NCBI RefSeq assembly: GCF_009914755.1
Contig: NC_060935.1
Strand: one strand, 5' to 3'
From: the human T2T-CHM13v2.0 reference genome, Homo sapiens
DNA length: 64,000 nt
The notes under the pieces are model-generated. The model did no database searches. It was not told the origin of the DNA and worked only from the letters and a program-made list of their open reading frames with translations. Of the stretch, positions 1 to 14,235 are shown piece by piece (position 1 is the first letter of the stretch; each line of letters begins with the position of its first letter). The position numbers were made by a program, and so were the translations under genes.

Positions 1-179
1 TCATTGTTTTGAATTTCATATTGAAGCTGGGTTAACCACGAAAACCTTGTTCTTAAAGAGTCAGCCAGCATTTATCTAGCACACTTGCTCTCACACGCTC
101 ACACACACTCTCTCTGCACATGTGTGTAAGGGACTGGGCTAAACAAGGTTAAGAGATGAGTAAACCTTGACCTCTGCCA

Positions 180-620
180 CGTTCTCTAGTGGGGCTCACA
201 GGTATGTTAGCTATTAATGATAATTCCGTGTGCTAAATTCTGTGATGGAGAGATGTATAGCCATTCTACGGAATGCAGACAAAGCTATTAATTGTCACTC
301 AAGGGTCAGGAAAGATCCATGGAAGTAATGCAGATTAAAGATATGTAAGATTTCACATTGTGGAACAGCATGGGCACAGGCCCAGAGGCAAGGCCTTGGG
401 TGTGAGCTTGGAAAACAGCAGGGAGTGTGCTGTGCTTGGGGCCTGAATGGGTGTGAAGAAGGGCAAAAGGGGAAACTGAGTTATAGGCCAATTGGAAAAA
501 CTTAAGGTGCCAAATAAAGAGATTTGGATGAATCCGGTAGGCAACTGGTAGGTACCCTTTCCAGACTTGAAGCAAAAGAGTAACTTGGTTAGATCTGACT
601 TACGACTTGCAGCTAGTTTC
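180..620 (-). mobile_element. Degraded L2 LINE fragment
   Basis: L2-like motifs such as 'ggaacagcatgggcacaggcccagaggc'. Identified from memory of the consensus. Confidence 0.5.
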
Positions 621-740
621 AGGCTGGACTCCAGTGATACTTGCTTGAGTCTATTTAATCATCTTTCCTTTCTGTTTGGGAAAGAAAAATCTGTATCTGA
701 AAAAGAGATGCATCCCTCTGTCCCTAGTATTTTCAGGGAA

Positions 741-1400
741 CGATATGGTTTGGATGTTTGTCTCCTCCAAATCTCATGTTGAAATGTGATTCCCCATGTT
801 GGAGGTGGGACCTGGTGGGATGTGATTGGATCATGGAGGCAGACCCTCATGAATGGCTTAGCACCATCCGTTTGATGATAAGTGAGTTCTCAGTTCACCC
901 AGGATCTTGTTGCTTAAGAGAGTCTGGGATCTCCCTCGAGACCATCCTGGCTAACACAGTGAAACCCCATCTATACTAAAATACAAAAAATTAGCCAGGC
1001 ATGGTGGCAGGTGCCTGTAGTCCCAGCTATTCAGGAGGCTGAGGCAAAAGAATCGCTTGAACTGCGGAGGTGGAAGTTGCAGTGAGCCGAGATCGCGCCA
1101 CTGCATTCCAGCCAGGGCAACAGAGTGAGACTCCATCTCAAAAAAAAAAAAAAAAAAAAAAAAAGGAAGAGTCTGGGATCTCCCTTTTGTCTCTTGCTAT
1201 CGCTCTTGCCATGTGACATGCTGGCACCCCATCGACTTCTGCCATGATTGTAAGCTTTCTGAAGCCTGCCCAGAAGCTGAGCAAATGTTGGCACCATGCT
1301 TATATAGCCTGCAGAATCGTGAGCCAATTAAACATCTTTCCTGTATAAATCACCCAGCCTCTGGTATTCCTTTATCGCAACACAAAAATGGACTAATACA
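741..1400 (+). mobile_element. MaLR solo LTR (MST family), interrupted by an Alu
   Basis: Starts 'gatatggtttggatgtttgtc...caaatctcatgttgaaatgtgat' and ends 'cacaaaatggactaataca'. Confidence 0.85.
936..1164 (+). mobile_element. 5'-truncated Alu (Sc/Y-like) with target-site duplication
   Basis: Starts mid-left-arm at 'tcgagaccatcctggctaac' and has a polyA tail. TSD agagtctgggatctccct at 919-936 and 1168-1185. Confidence 0.92.
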
Positions 1401-1926
1401 GGTACATATTGAATAAATCTGGGTTTTTACTGTGTAGTACAGAGTGCAGCCAGCATCTCTTCTTTAGAAGCTAGATTCTGAATGCTCTGTGGCACCTGTT
1501 CACTTCTCTGCAACTCTGCTGCTTTGAAGCTATGACCCTGGAAGTCACTGAGCTTTTGAGAACCTCCATTTCATCTGTAAAGAAGTAGAAAGGACTCTGC
1601 CCTTCCCAATTACGTTTGCAGGGGACCCACCACATCATAGGTGCTCCATCAATGTTGGTTACCTTGGGTCCCAGAGGAAGCCACTTTGCCAGGATAGAAG
1701 GGATGCCTAGGACTCAGCAGGTTTCCTGTTCTAGCACTTGGAGCACAGCCACTTAACCTCTCTGGATTTGGCTCCTAATCTGTGAAGTAGGGATAATACC
1801 CCACCCCTGAGGACTGATAGAATGTTAGAAGAGATAAACATCTTCGTGAAAGCACTGAATGATCTTTACAAAGCACCATGCACATCGGGAGGAATTAGTC
1901 ACTCAACGAGGATTTCTTGCGTTCTA

Positions 1927-2340
<414 letters not shown>

Positions 2341-3602
2341 CTAAACAAATGGGAAGTATTTCAAAGTGCTTTAGTGGTAGATGGCACCAACGAGGTGTAG
2401 AGACATGGCCTCTCAGCCTTAATTTCCAGTTTCTAGCCCCTGGCAGATGAGCTGCCTTAGGCCCACTCTCGCTCGTGAATGTTCTCTAACACGGCTTCTG
2501 GCGGCCTCAGTGAATGAGTTGGTGCCCAGAGCTCTTGATTCTGCTTGAAGTAGATAGCTCTCTTTTTCTTTTTTTCCCCCCTTAGCACATCTAATTATAG
2601 TTTTGTAGGTAGACAGCTCAGCCTTGTGGATTTTAAATGAATAAAAAAAGACAAGTCTTTAAAACAATTCCACACTTTTTAAAGGCCAGCACTGTCAGCA
2701 ATCCAGAACAAGAACGAGTATGAGTCTAGATATGAAAGAGACAGCCAGTTGGTGAAATAGCTGTAGCCAAGCCCAGGCACAGAACTACAAGGGGGAGAGT
2801 GGCAGGCGCAGGTCATTTTGGCTGTGTGTACAAAACACAGTTCTAGGGCGCCTCAGATGAGAAAGTCTCGGAGGGTGAGGGGGCAGGACTAATGGACCGC
2901 CTGAAGCTAAGGAGAGGACAGGAGCACTTGGGAAGGAAGCGGTCTGGGGGGCCTAACTGAGCAGCACCCTGCCTCACAGGAGAGCAAGTCACAGACGTTT
3001 CAGCCCCAACGCTGCCGCTCACTGGCTATGTGACCCCGGCGAGGCGCTTGACTTCTCTGAGCCCACGTGCTGGTCTGTAAAGTGAAGTCAGCCCCTTGTT
3101 CTGTATTTCCTTTGATCCTGGATGGAGGCTTCTCTTGCCCTAAGAGCAAATTTGTATTCTTTCTTCAAAACCTGTCTCCAATTGCTTTGGGGCCCAGAGC
3201 ACGACACGACAGGAGAGGCCTCTCACCTGCCACTATGCCTATTTGTGAAGAACTTGGCACAGTTCATGACAGCCTGCTTCTGATCAGGGTGGTTTGTATG
3301 TAGCAGAACAGCTTCCACCCTGCCATCGGTTCAAAGTCCATGGCACAAGAGCTTGTAAAATGTGTAGTAAAAATTAATAAAACAGCCAGCTTAAAAAATT
3401 CAGCCTCAGTGTGACTTTTACTGTTGCTAAGGATAGACCCCAGTCATCACAAAAAGGATACATTGATTTTAGTTTGATAGGAAAATGCATAAAATAGTTT
3501 AAGGAAGTATATTATTCAAAATGGTTAAAATAAGTTGATGCTTTAAGGGACAAACTTGTTCTCTCAAAAGTTTACTTGCAAAAACTTTTTTAGAAAATTT
3601 TA

Positions 3603-3906
3603 GGCCGGGCGCGGTGGCTCATGCCTGTAATCCCAGCACTTTGGGAGGCAGAGGTGGGCGGATCACGAGGTCAGGAGATCAAGACCATCCTGGCTAACAC
3701 GGTGAAACCCCGTCTCTACTAAAAAAAAAAAAATACAAAAAAATTAGCCGGGCGTGGTGGCAGGCGCCTGCAGTCCCAGCTACTCAGGAGGCTGAGGCAG
3801 GAGAATGGCGGAACCCAGGAGGCGGAGGTTGGAGTGAGCCGAGATCGTGCCACTGCACTCCAGCCTGGGCGACAGAGCGAGACTCCATCTCGGAAAAAAA
3901 AAAAAA
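3603..3906 (+). mobile_element. Alu (AluY-like)
   Basis: Starts ggccgggcgcggtggctc. Diagnostic 'accatcctggctaacacggtg' and 'gagaatggcg'. Confidence 0.95.
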
Positions 3907-5289
3907 TTTTTTTAGTTATGCAGAACACCTTATCCCTCAAAGAAACCAGCCTCACTGTGTATTTCCACAGATTACTCACTCTTTGGGTCAAGGGTCAGGC
4001 ACACTTGATGTGAGAAGACTCCAGGCTTCTTTGTGTGCAGGTGATATGTGACCTTTTGTTCATGCAGCACACGTCTCCAGAGCCTGCTGACCTCAGCACA
4101 GGCCCTTTGCTGCCAAAAACCTGCTGGCCACCTGGACTTCTCAGCCCCAACCTGTGCCTAAGCGTTGCCTTCAGTGGCATACAGTAGGTGCTCCTGAGGT
4201 GTGCGTGTCGGTATGGGGCGGGGCAGTGTGAGTGAGGAAGAGCACAGGCTGAGTTTGGTAAGTCACACCTGTGTCTGTCTCTTGGTCCCCTGGGAGCTCT
4301 GTGAAGGCCCAGTGTTCCCAGAATGAGCATCGGAAACCTTTAGAAGCAGAGCTGTCCCAGGATCATAGAAGACTGTGGAACTGTGTTATTGTAAACAGTA
4401 AGTCACACTGATTCTCAGTAAATATTCTGAGTGCTAATGAGCCACCACCAGCTGGGAAACCAGAACAGGAGCTGAGGCCCTGGTGCCCTGTCCTGCCCTG
4501 CGCACATCTATACGGCGACGCCTGCTTTCTCTCCATGGTGATGCAGTGATCCCTCAAACAGGCACAGTGTTTTTCCTGTCTCAACGCTCCCCCCAAATAA
4601 TTGCATTTGATCCCAAGGCCAGCCTGCAGAGTGTGTGGGCAAGGTGTTCCCATCACTACTTGACCCAGGAACCCACAGGAAACCCCCAAAGAAGGATGAC
4701 CTGCTGAAGATCACACAGATCCCAAGGCCACACTGGGGCCGGACCAGGCCCTGACCTCTCCCCCAGGGCTCTTTCTTCCGCACCCCAAGCCCTGTGGAGG
4801 CCCCACAGCCTCTCCTTCTGTCCCACCCATCTGAACATCCTGCCCTCTGCAGAGAGTCCTCCCGACTCCGCAGCCCCAGTTAAGAGGGAGGAGCAAATCC
4901 GGGGGACATCTCTGTGCAGGGAGTGGAAAAACTGAGCACCTCACAGCATTGTGCTATGGGGTGTGGAGCAACTTTAAGGGGGAAAAATGTGTATTTATAA
5001 CTGCCGGAAATGCGATATAACTGTCAAAAGTCCATGAGGTCGGCCGTGTACATAATGACTCACAGGCATAAAAGGGGCGGGGGTAAGAGGGGCAGGAGGT
5101 GCTTCTTTGAGGACTCCCCTTAGCTGTGTCTGACAGGCAGGTCGAGGGGGTGAAACGGGGCCAGGGCTACCAGCCAGGGTAAGAAGCAAGAACAAAGGCG
5201 TTGCTGGGAACCTGCATTACTCGTGCGTTTAATGGTTACTGACTGCACACTGCACACCAAGCGCTGGACTAGGCTCCAGGGTGAGAAAT

Positions 5290-6130
5290 GCACAAGGCAG
5301 ACACAGTGCCTGCCCTCAGGAAGCTGCCAGGCCTGTGGCTGAGACAGGAAAGTACAGAGGGCACAGAGCTGCGCTGGAGCTGGGTGTAAGGCAGGTAGTT
5401 GGGGAGGGGAGGACTGAGCCTGTGTCTGAGGGCCGGGGGCAGGGGATATGGCTGGGTGGGGGGGAAGGAGGGGGATCTGTGCACAGGGTTAGCAGAAGAG
5501 CGGCCAGAACAGAGGCCCAAGGAGCTTCCCCCAAGGCTGAGCGTGGAAGACTGTGGGACTAGACACAGGACAGAAACCATGGAGATGGGGAAGGGTCAAC
5601 AGGGCCAAAGACCCAGGAGCCATGGGAGGTGAGGGCAGGCACAGCCTGAAGCCCTTGGTGACCTCCATGGGAGCTGTTTCAGGGTTGGGGAGCAGCAAGG
5701 AAGCAAGGGGCAGTGGGCGTGCACAGTGGGGAAGTAGAGACAGTGAGTGTAGACAACTCTTGCGAGTTTAGCTATAAAGTGCTGGAGAAAAATATGGGTG
5801 GGAGTTGGAGGGGACTGTGAGACCGAAGGAAGATTTCCTGTAAATGCGAGTGGGATGGAGCCAGTAGCAGGGAGAAGGCAAAGGTTCAGGAAGAAGACGG
5901 GACAATGAAAGGAGCAAGGCCCCAGAGAAAATTTGGGGTGACAGGGGAGAAGGGGGAGCCCCAGGGCATGGTGAGGACAGCAAGGAAGGGTGGCCGGGCA
6001 GGAGTGGGCTGAGCTGTCCATCTGCATGGGTGGGAGGCTGCAGGCGAATTTCCCGCCTGGCCCCTGAAGAGGGACAGCCTGGGATGGGGGCCTGACTGGA
6101 GTGACTATTCCAGGGTACAGGCCAGGGCAG
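5290..6130 (-). mobile_element. Degraded L2 LINE fragment
   Basis: 'gcagacacagtgcctgccctcaggaagct' and 'agtagagacagtgagtgtagacaactctttgcgagtttagct' resemble antisense L2. Confidence 0.55.
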
Positions 6131-6339
6131 AAGGGGCACCATGAAGGTGGCTTGGAGCTTCTTGGGCCTTTTGAAGGAGATTCCTGAGGTTTATGGGAAG
6201 GGGTGGTTTGCTGCCCCTGAGTTCAGCATGCCTGGATTATAATCACCTCCTCCCCAGGCGCCCTTCAGCTACTCTTGTGCCCTCTAGCCCACTCTCCACA
6301 TGGCAAGCACCTGACCTGTCCTAAACACAGCTCTCACCC

Positions 6340-7460
6340 TATGAGAACTGTTACATAAAAGAAAGCAACATTTACTTACCTTTGCTATATGCATTGTACA
6401 CACTAGTTAACTGGATAGTTGGTGAAGGGAAGTTTCTCTTATATAAATATTCCAAGTAAAAAGATTCAGAAGGGATCATAGAATTAGGCTGTCAGCTCTT
6501 CGCAACTCCTAAATAATGAGCACGTCTAAGACAATGCTCATCAATGGCACAGAAAGGCAGGCAACCAGACACCTGATGCCTCCTGATGGAAAAGCACACA
6601 CCTTTGAAATAGCCTTGGCATAAGTTTGACCCTGAATATAATGAAGCATCTATCCGTGCTGTCCAAAGACAGCAGACACCAGCCACATGGAGTTCTGAAG
6701 TCATTGAACAGTGGCTAATCCACATTGAGATGTGCTATGAACACAATCCACACTGAACTGCAGAGACTTTGTACAAAAAAGAATGTAAATTCTTTTGTAT
6801 TAATTTTTATATTGATGACGTTAGAATGATAATATTTTGAATATATTGAGTTAAGTAAGATACAATTAATTTCATCCATTTCTTTTTGCTTTTTAAAATG
6901 TTACTACCTGAAAATCTAAAATTACATATGTGACTTGCACTTGTGGCTCACATGATTTACTATTGGGTGGTACTGCTCTGGATCTAACTACCAGTTTATG
7001 GGAAATTCAAAGGGCAGATGAGCCTTTAACACCAGGAAAATGCAATCAGAAAAATCCAGACGGTTGGAAACCCCGCAGGACGAGCCACCTGGTTTCTCCA
7101 ATAAATATATTGAAAGAAAAAATACATAGAAGAAGGGAAAACCTATTAACAAGAGACTCAAGAGACATATAAATCAATCCCATTATGAACCGTGCTTGGT
7201 TCCTGTAAACTAAACAAACTGAAAAAAAGAAATTAAGGGACAAGCAAAATGGAAGCACTGACTAAATATGATATGAAGGACTTGTTATTTGTTTAGGTGT
7301 GATAATTGCATTGTGGTTTTGGTTTTTTTAAGTCCTTGTTGCTTAGATGCATAGAGAAATATTTACAGATGAGATGCATCTGTCTGGGATTGGGGATAGG
7401 GTGTGAATGGGGTGTGGAGGAAACAAGATTGGCTATGGATGATGGATGACAGGTGACTGG
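6340..7460 (+). mobile_element. Old L1M (L1MC/L1ME-type) 3' fragment, interrupted by MER33
   Basis: AT-rich with typical old-L1 3'-end motifs such as 'gaaatatttacagatgagatgcatctgtctgggatt' and 'gaaacaagattggc'. Confidence 0.65.
6655..6976. mobile_element. MER33 (hAT-Charlie MITE)
   Basis: 'gtgctgtccaa...agccacatg...attgagatgtgct...aaaaagaatgtaaa...aaaattacatatgtg' matches the remembered MER33 consensus. Confidence 0.75.
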
Positions 7461-10400
7461 AGTCCGCTGTGCCTTGTGGCACACACCCTGCCCTCCAGCC
7501 AGGTGGATGCACTTGCCATTCCCAGAACGCCCTGCTCCTGCAGCCCTGGGGCCTTTGCCGCCATGATGTCTCTGCCTAGAATCTTCCCCCCTAACCCACA
7601 GCAAACCTCTGTCCACCTGTATGCCAGAGCTCAGCTACCCTCTTCTCCCCTTTGAAGTCCTCTCTGACGTCTTCCCCACTCTCCACCCACCCACTCTCCC
7701 TCCTTTGTGTTCCCCCACTACCTGTGTGTGCTTCCAGCACAGCCCTTCCTACATGTCCCTACGTGTATGTTTCCCTATCTGTCACCTTCAGTAGCCCATG
7801 AGCTCCCACGGGGCAGGCGCGGGATTTTAAGGCACAGCTTGTGCTCAGGAAAACTGGATAGATTCGTCTTGGTGTGTTGAGTGCCCATTTTACAGAGGAA
7901 GCAGTTGGGACCCGGAGAAGTTAGTCTTGGCTAAGTTCACAGAGCTAAAAAGTGACAGAGCTAGGACTTGAAATCAGGACCTTTGAGTCACGTCTCTGCC
8001 TGACCTCAGCCCTGCGGGCCCCGTTCCCGCCATTCCTTCCTGCCTCTCACGTTGACTGGGCTCCCCCTGTCGGTCGGCACTGGCTGAACAGCCATGGAGT
8101 GGCGCTTTGGGGAAACCACGGGCGACCAGGAAAGATCTCAGGCAAGCCTCGGGTAAGTGAGCTGTAAACTGAGACCTGAACCCAGACACAGCCCATGCCA
8201 GGCCGAGCGAAGAGCCTGTGCAGGGGCTTGGAGTAGAGAAGAGCACGGCTCCTGTGAAGGATTCAGAGGCTGGAGCTGGGCGATGGGCCACCGCGCGGAG
8301 GAGGCGCGGGCGGTGGTCCGAGTTCCTCAAGGGATCTACAGACGGCGCCCCTCCTACCCAGGGTGTTTCCTGATGATTGTATTTTGTATTTCAGCGTTGA
8401 TGATTTTTTTTTTCACTACTTCACCCCCTCCCAAACGCCCAAAACTGCCTGGTGATTTTTTTTTTTTTTTTCAAAGTGCATCCTGACCCCTCTGGCTGCC
8501 TCCATAGACTCAGCTTTAGTCCCGGCCCATCCTGCTGGCACAAGGAAGCCACCGCATGTGATGGGGTGTAATTTACAGCCACAACCCTAATGTGCAGAAA
8601 TATCACTTTATTTCCCCGTAACTGTCCTCACCCGAACCTGTTTTGGCCGCTGGCAGCAAAACGCTTATCTGACCACTTCAAGGCAACTCATTCATCTCTA
8701 GTTAAAGATTATCCCCTAGGGGGTAAATGCTCAAATTCCCCAAATTTCCTGACCTCACCCCTTCTGGCCCCAGGGACCAGGCTTCAGGCAAGTGTCTCCT
8801 GACCTGCCCGTGGTGTGGCTCATCTGGGTGTCAGGGGCCGGCCCCACTGCAGAGGCCCTTCCTTGGTTCTCACCCTGGGACCCTGTGCCCCAGGGCAAGG
8901 CCCACTCGGCTCCCTTGGGGCTCAGCCACCTAGCCCACTTTCCCTCACTGCTGAGATCAGGCCACCTGCATGGACTTCTCTACTCTGCTGGTTGGCTGTC
9001 CTGCACCCTGAGGAACACGGAGGACTTCTATGAAGGCTTGCCTGGCTCTTCCTGGCAGGCCTTGGGCAGTCAGGTCCCTGTTTCCCATTTAGAACCCAGA
9101 AGGGGACAGGGACCGGAGAGGAAGTGCTTCTCTCCAGCTCCACGAATCTTTTGACTTTGGGCTTCCTGCCTTCCAAATAGCCCCCACTGCAGCTGTTCAC
9201 ACCTTCACTTCCTCTTTCAAAGGTGAGAAGACTCCTACATCATCACCAGCGTGTATTTTTCTCTCCTCTATGGCTTTTGTTTGTTTGCTTGTTTTGATGG
9301 TTGTACATTCAAAGTCCTCCAGGCTCTGTCTGGTCAGAAGTCACACATCCTCTCCTTGCTCAACAAAGCCTGGCCTTGTGGGGAAAGCTTGGCTTTCCAG
9401 ACAGGCAGCATTTCAACTCCCTTTATCGTTCTGGGCTGTATCCACTCTGCCCTGGAGGCAGTAAATGGGGGAATTGGTGAAGGAGTCAAAGGAATGACTA
9501 ACACCCCAGCCTCGGCTGCTGCTCTCACTGCCACAGAGCAGGGACAGAGCAGGCGACTGGACGCACGAAGCATTCCTGCTGAGTGAAGTCCCAGGGATGT
9601 TGGGGCCTGCAGCCCAGACAAAGGAGCCCTAGAGATTCGGAGGGAGAGAAATAAGTTGTCATTGACCTGTAGTGTGGGCATGTTAAAGGCTGAGGAACTG
9701 GCAGTGTGGCATGTGGCAGGATTGCCAGGGTCACAGGATAGACAGTGATTTAGTTTCAGCAAAATATCATCCACCACGTTAATATTGCTAATATGAATTT
9801 AATTGGCTTAGTAGTTTTGTGTGGTTTTAATTTGTAAACTTGTTTTGGTTTAATGGTTGTGGGAGAGCTATAGACCTTAGTTTATATTTAGTTTTTAGTT
9901 TGTAAAATGTTCTCGAGAGTGAAAATGGAAGAATGGAACAGTCTATAATAATTCTTCCTTGCAATTCATCATCCGTCCTCCACACCACCCGGAAAAAACA
10001 GGACCCAGGAGGACATGGAAACAGTCTTTATTTCAGGGTTGTGCCATAGCTGCCCACCCTATGAGAGGAGGTGGGAAGCCCTGGGAGGGCTGGCTTCACC
10101 CGTCCCCAACCTGGGTCTTCCTTCTAGATCCTTGGGTGCCCTTTGTGGCTAGGCCCTCTCCTCTAGACTCTCTGGCCCCTGAACTATTTCCCCTGATGCC
10201 TTTAACCCCTGGGTTTCCCTCCCTCTTTGAGTTCAACCTTTTCTTTTCTTTTCTTCAGCCCCTGGAGGGTCCAGGCTGTGGAAGGGGCTGTGGCTCCTGT
10301 TGGCAGCGCATCCACCAGACAGACTCTGACCATTTGCAGCGCCAAGTGGGGTCCCTCCTGGCCTCACTGTGCCCAAAGTGTTTCTGTCTCTCACTCCACC

Positions 10401-10693
10401 ACGGCTGCATTCCCAAATGCCCCCTCTGACTTCTGGGTTCAGTGTGTGCCAGGCTTCAGGAAAGAGGGGGAGAAGGAAAAGATCCCACCTTGGCACAGAC
10501 TTCTTTAGGCGATATTACAAAGAAAAATCAGGTTTCAACCTTAGGGGGTCTCTACAGGAATTTTTAACCTTGAAATAATCCCTACATTATTTATTGTATG
10601 GTGTTGTAGGCCTCACTAGGGAATTTTTACTTGATCTTCAGTGCAATGGGAAACTTTGGAAGGGCTGTCAGCATGGAGAGTGACATGCTCTAG

Positions 10694-11005
<312 letters not shown>

Positions 11006-11034
11006 AGCCTAGGTTTTCAAAAGAGTGCAGTGGG

Positions 11035-12640
<1,606 letters not shown>

Positions 12641-13306
12641 AGGGGTTTTCTAGATGCTGAAAGGGAGGCTGAGTTTGTCCTGCTTGATCCAAGGGTAGAC
12701 CCCAGACCTGTGGGCAGAGGCCACCCAGAGGCAGATGCTCCCTCCACGCAAGGCTTCTTACGGCTCTGGCTGGACAGGGTGCAAGGGACTCCCCGGAGAG
12801 GGGGTGAGCACCTCATCCGTGGGGTGTGGAGAGGGAAGCCAGCAGAGGCTGAGCACCTTGGAGCAGGAAGGCTGCAGAGGGTCCAACCAGGCAAACTCCC
12901 CTCCCTGCGAGACAGGTCCTGGACGTGCAGGCTGGCCAGATTCCTTTCCTAAACAGGCTGCGCGTCTGGCGATTTGATCAGCCACGTGCAGCCCAGCTGC
13001 AGAGGCCTGGCAGGGGCTGGGGCCCAGCATCTGCTCCTTCAGAGCCCCTGTTCTTCTGGCCCCCGCCCAGCCACTGAGGTGCTACCTGCCAAAATGCGTC
13101 CCCAATGTGGGAGGCCTGGGAAGGGGAGGTTTTCAGACTCTGAAATGGGGGGGCTTGGGGGAAATATGCCGATGCGGGTTCCAAGAGTACAGGTGAGGCC
13201 TGGGGGTGCCTGGGTCTGGGGGAATCCCTGGTTATGGTCACACAATTTACAGCCAGAGAAAGAGTGTTGCAGAGGTTGAGCAAGGCTGGGAGGCCTCTTG
13301 GTAGAC

Positions 13307-14235
13307 CAGGGCAGGTCGAGTTTTGAGAGGCTGAGGCTTGTACGATGTGGAAGCCCTTGTTGAGGAAAAAAAAAAGTTGCCTGCTATTTCATCTGGAGCA
13401 GCCGGACTGCAGTAGGATGGGATAAGCTGGTATTCTAACTTGTGGTTCCATCACCTGGGATGCGTAAAACATATAGCTTAATGCACAGATGTATCTGTTG
13501 TTTGTAATACTGCTACACGTTTGCCAAAAACACGGGAATTCTGAGAAGTTGAATTCTGTATGATTGTCATAAGGAAAGAGAATAAAACGAACGGTGCCTT
13601 TAGAGTTAAACCTGCAGCTTCACTGAGTGCCCCTGACAGGAGGAAACTTCCACGTGGAGTACACATCGAAGAGAACCAAATCTTCCACTTGCAACTTTGC
13701 ACAGTCTGGTGATCGGAAGTGTTTTCCACGTATCAGCATCTGGCTCTGTCCATTTCATTCCTGGCTTCTTCACCACTGTCCACATGCCGCCAGTGCCAAG
13801 GTCTGCTGGACACGTTGATGTCCCTCATGACCTCGGGCTCTGCCTCACAGTGTCATGGTGCTGGTGGGTGGTGGGAGTGTTCCTGGAAGCCACTGCACAC
13901 CATGATGGCCAGCAAGAACAGAACAGACATGCAAGTGACTGCAGCCCCATACATACATCCCCAAACCCAAGCTACAGGATCCTCCACTTCCCTCAGCCAG
14001 ATCCCCCAAATACAGCTGTTCCAGGGAAGAAGGGCAGTGGAAGTCAGAGAGGAGCGAGACTGAGGTCTTAACCAATTGCAATTAAAACATTCTATTTTTG
14101 CAGATTTTACAAAAACATAATTGTGTGGACATGCCGCTGGGCCCTGCCCTCTCGCCCCCACCCCCAGGCTCAAGGGGATGCAGATGAGTGCGGGGTCTGG
14201 AGCTCAAGGTCGCCAGCTTCTCAGGGTCTTCTCCA
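13307..14235 (+). mobile_element. hAT-Tip100 DNA transposon relic (Arthur1-like)
   Basis: 5' end 'cagggcaggtcgagttttgagaggctgaggcttgtacgat...gaggaaaaa' and 3' part 'gcagattttacaaaaacata...gctgggccc' resemble the remembered Arthur1 termini. Confidence 0.6.

Noticed and set aside
1-180. Possible end of the UVRAG 3' UTR
   Set aside because: Based only on remembered gene order. No poly(A) signal or exon is visible in the window.
13480-14080. Complex-looking sequence suspected of being a processed pseudogene
   Set aside because: No recognisable protein in any frame, and it lies inside hAT/Arthur1-like termini.
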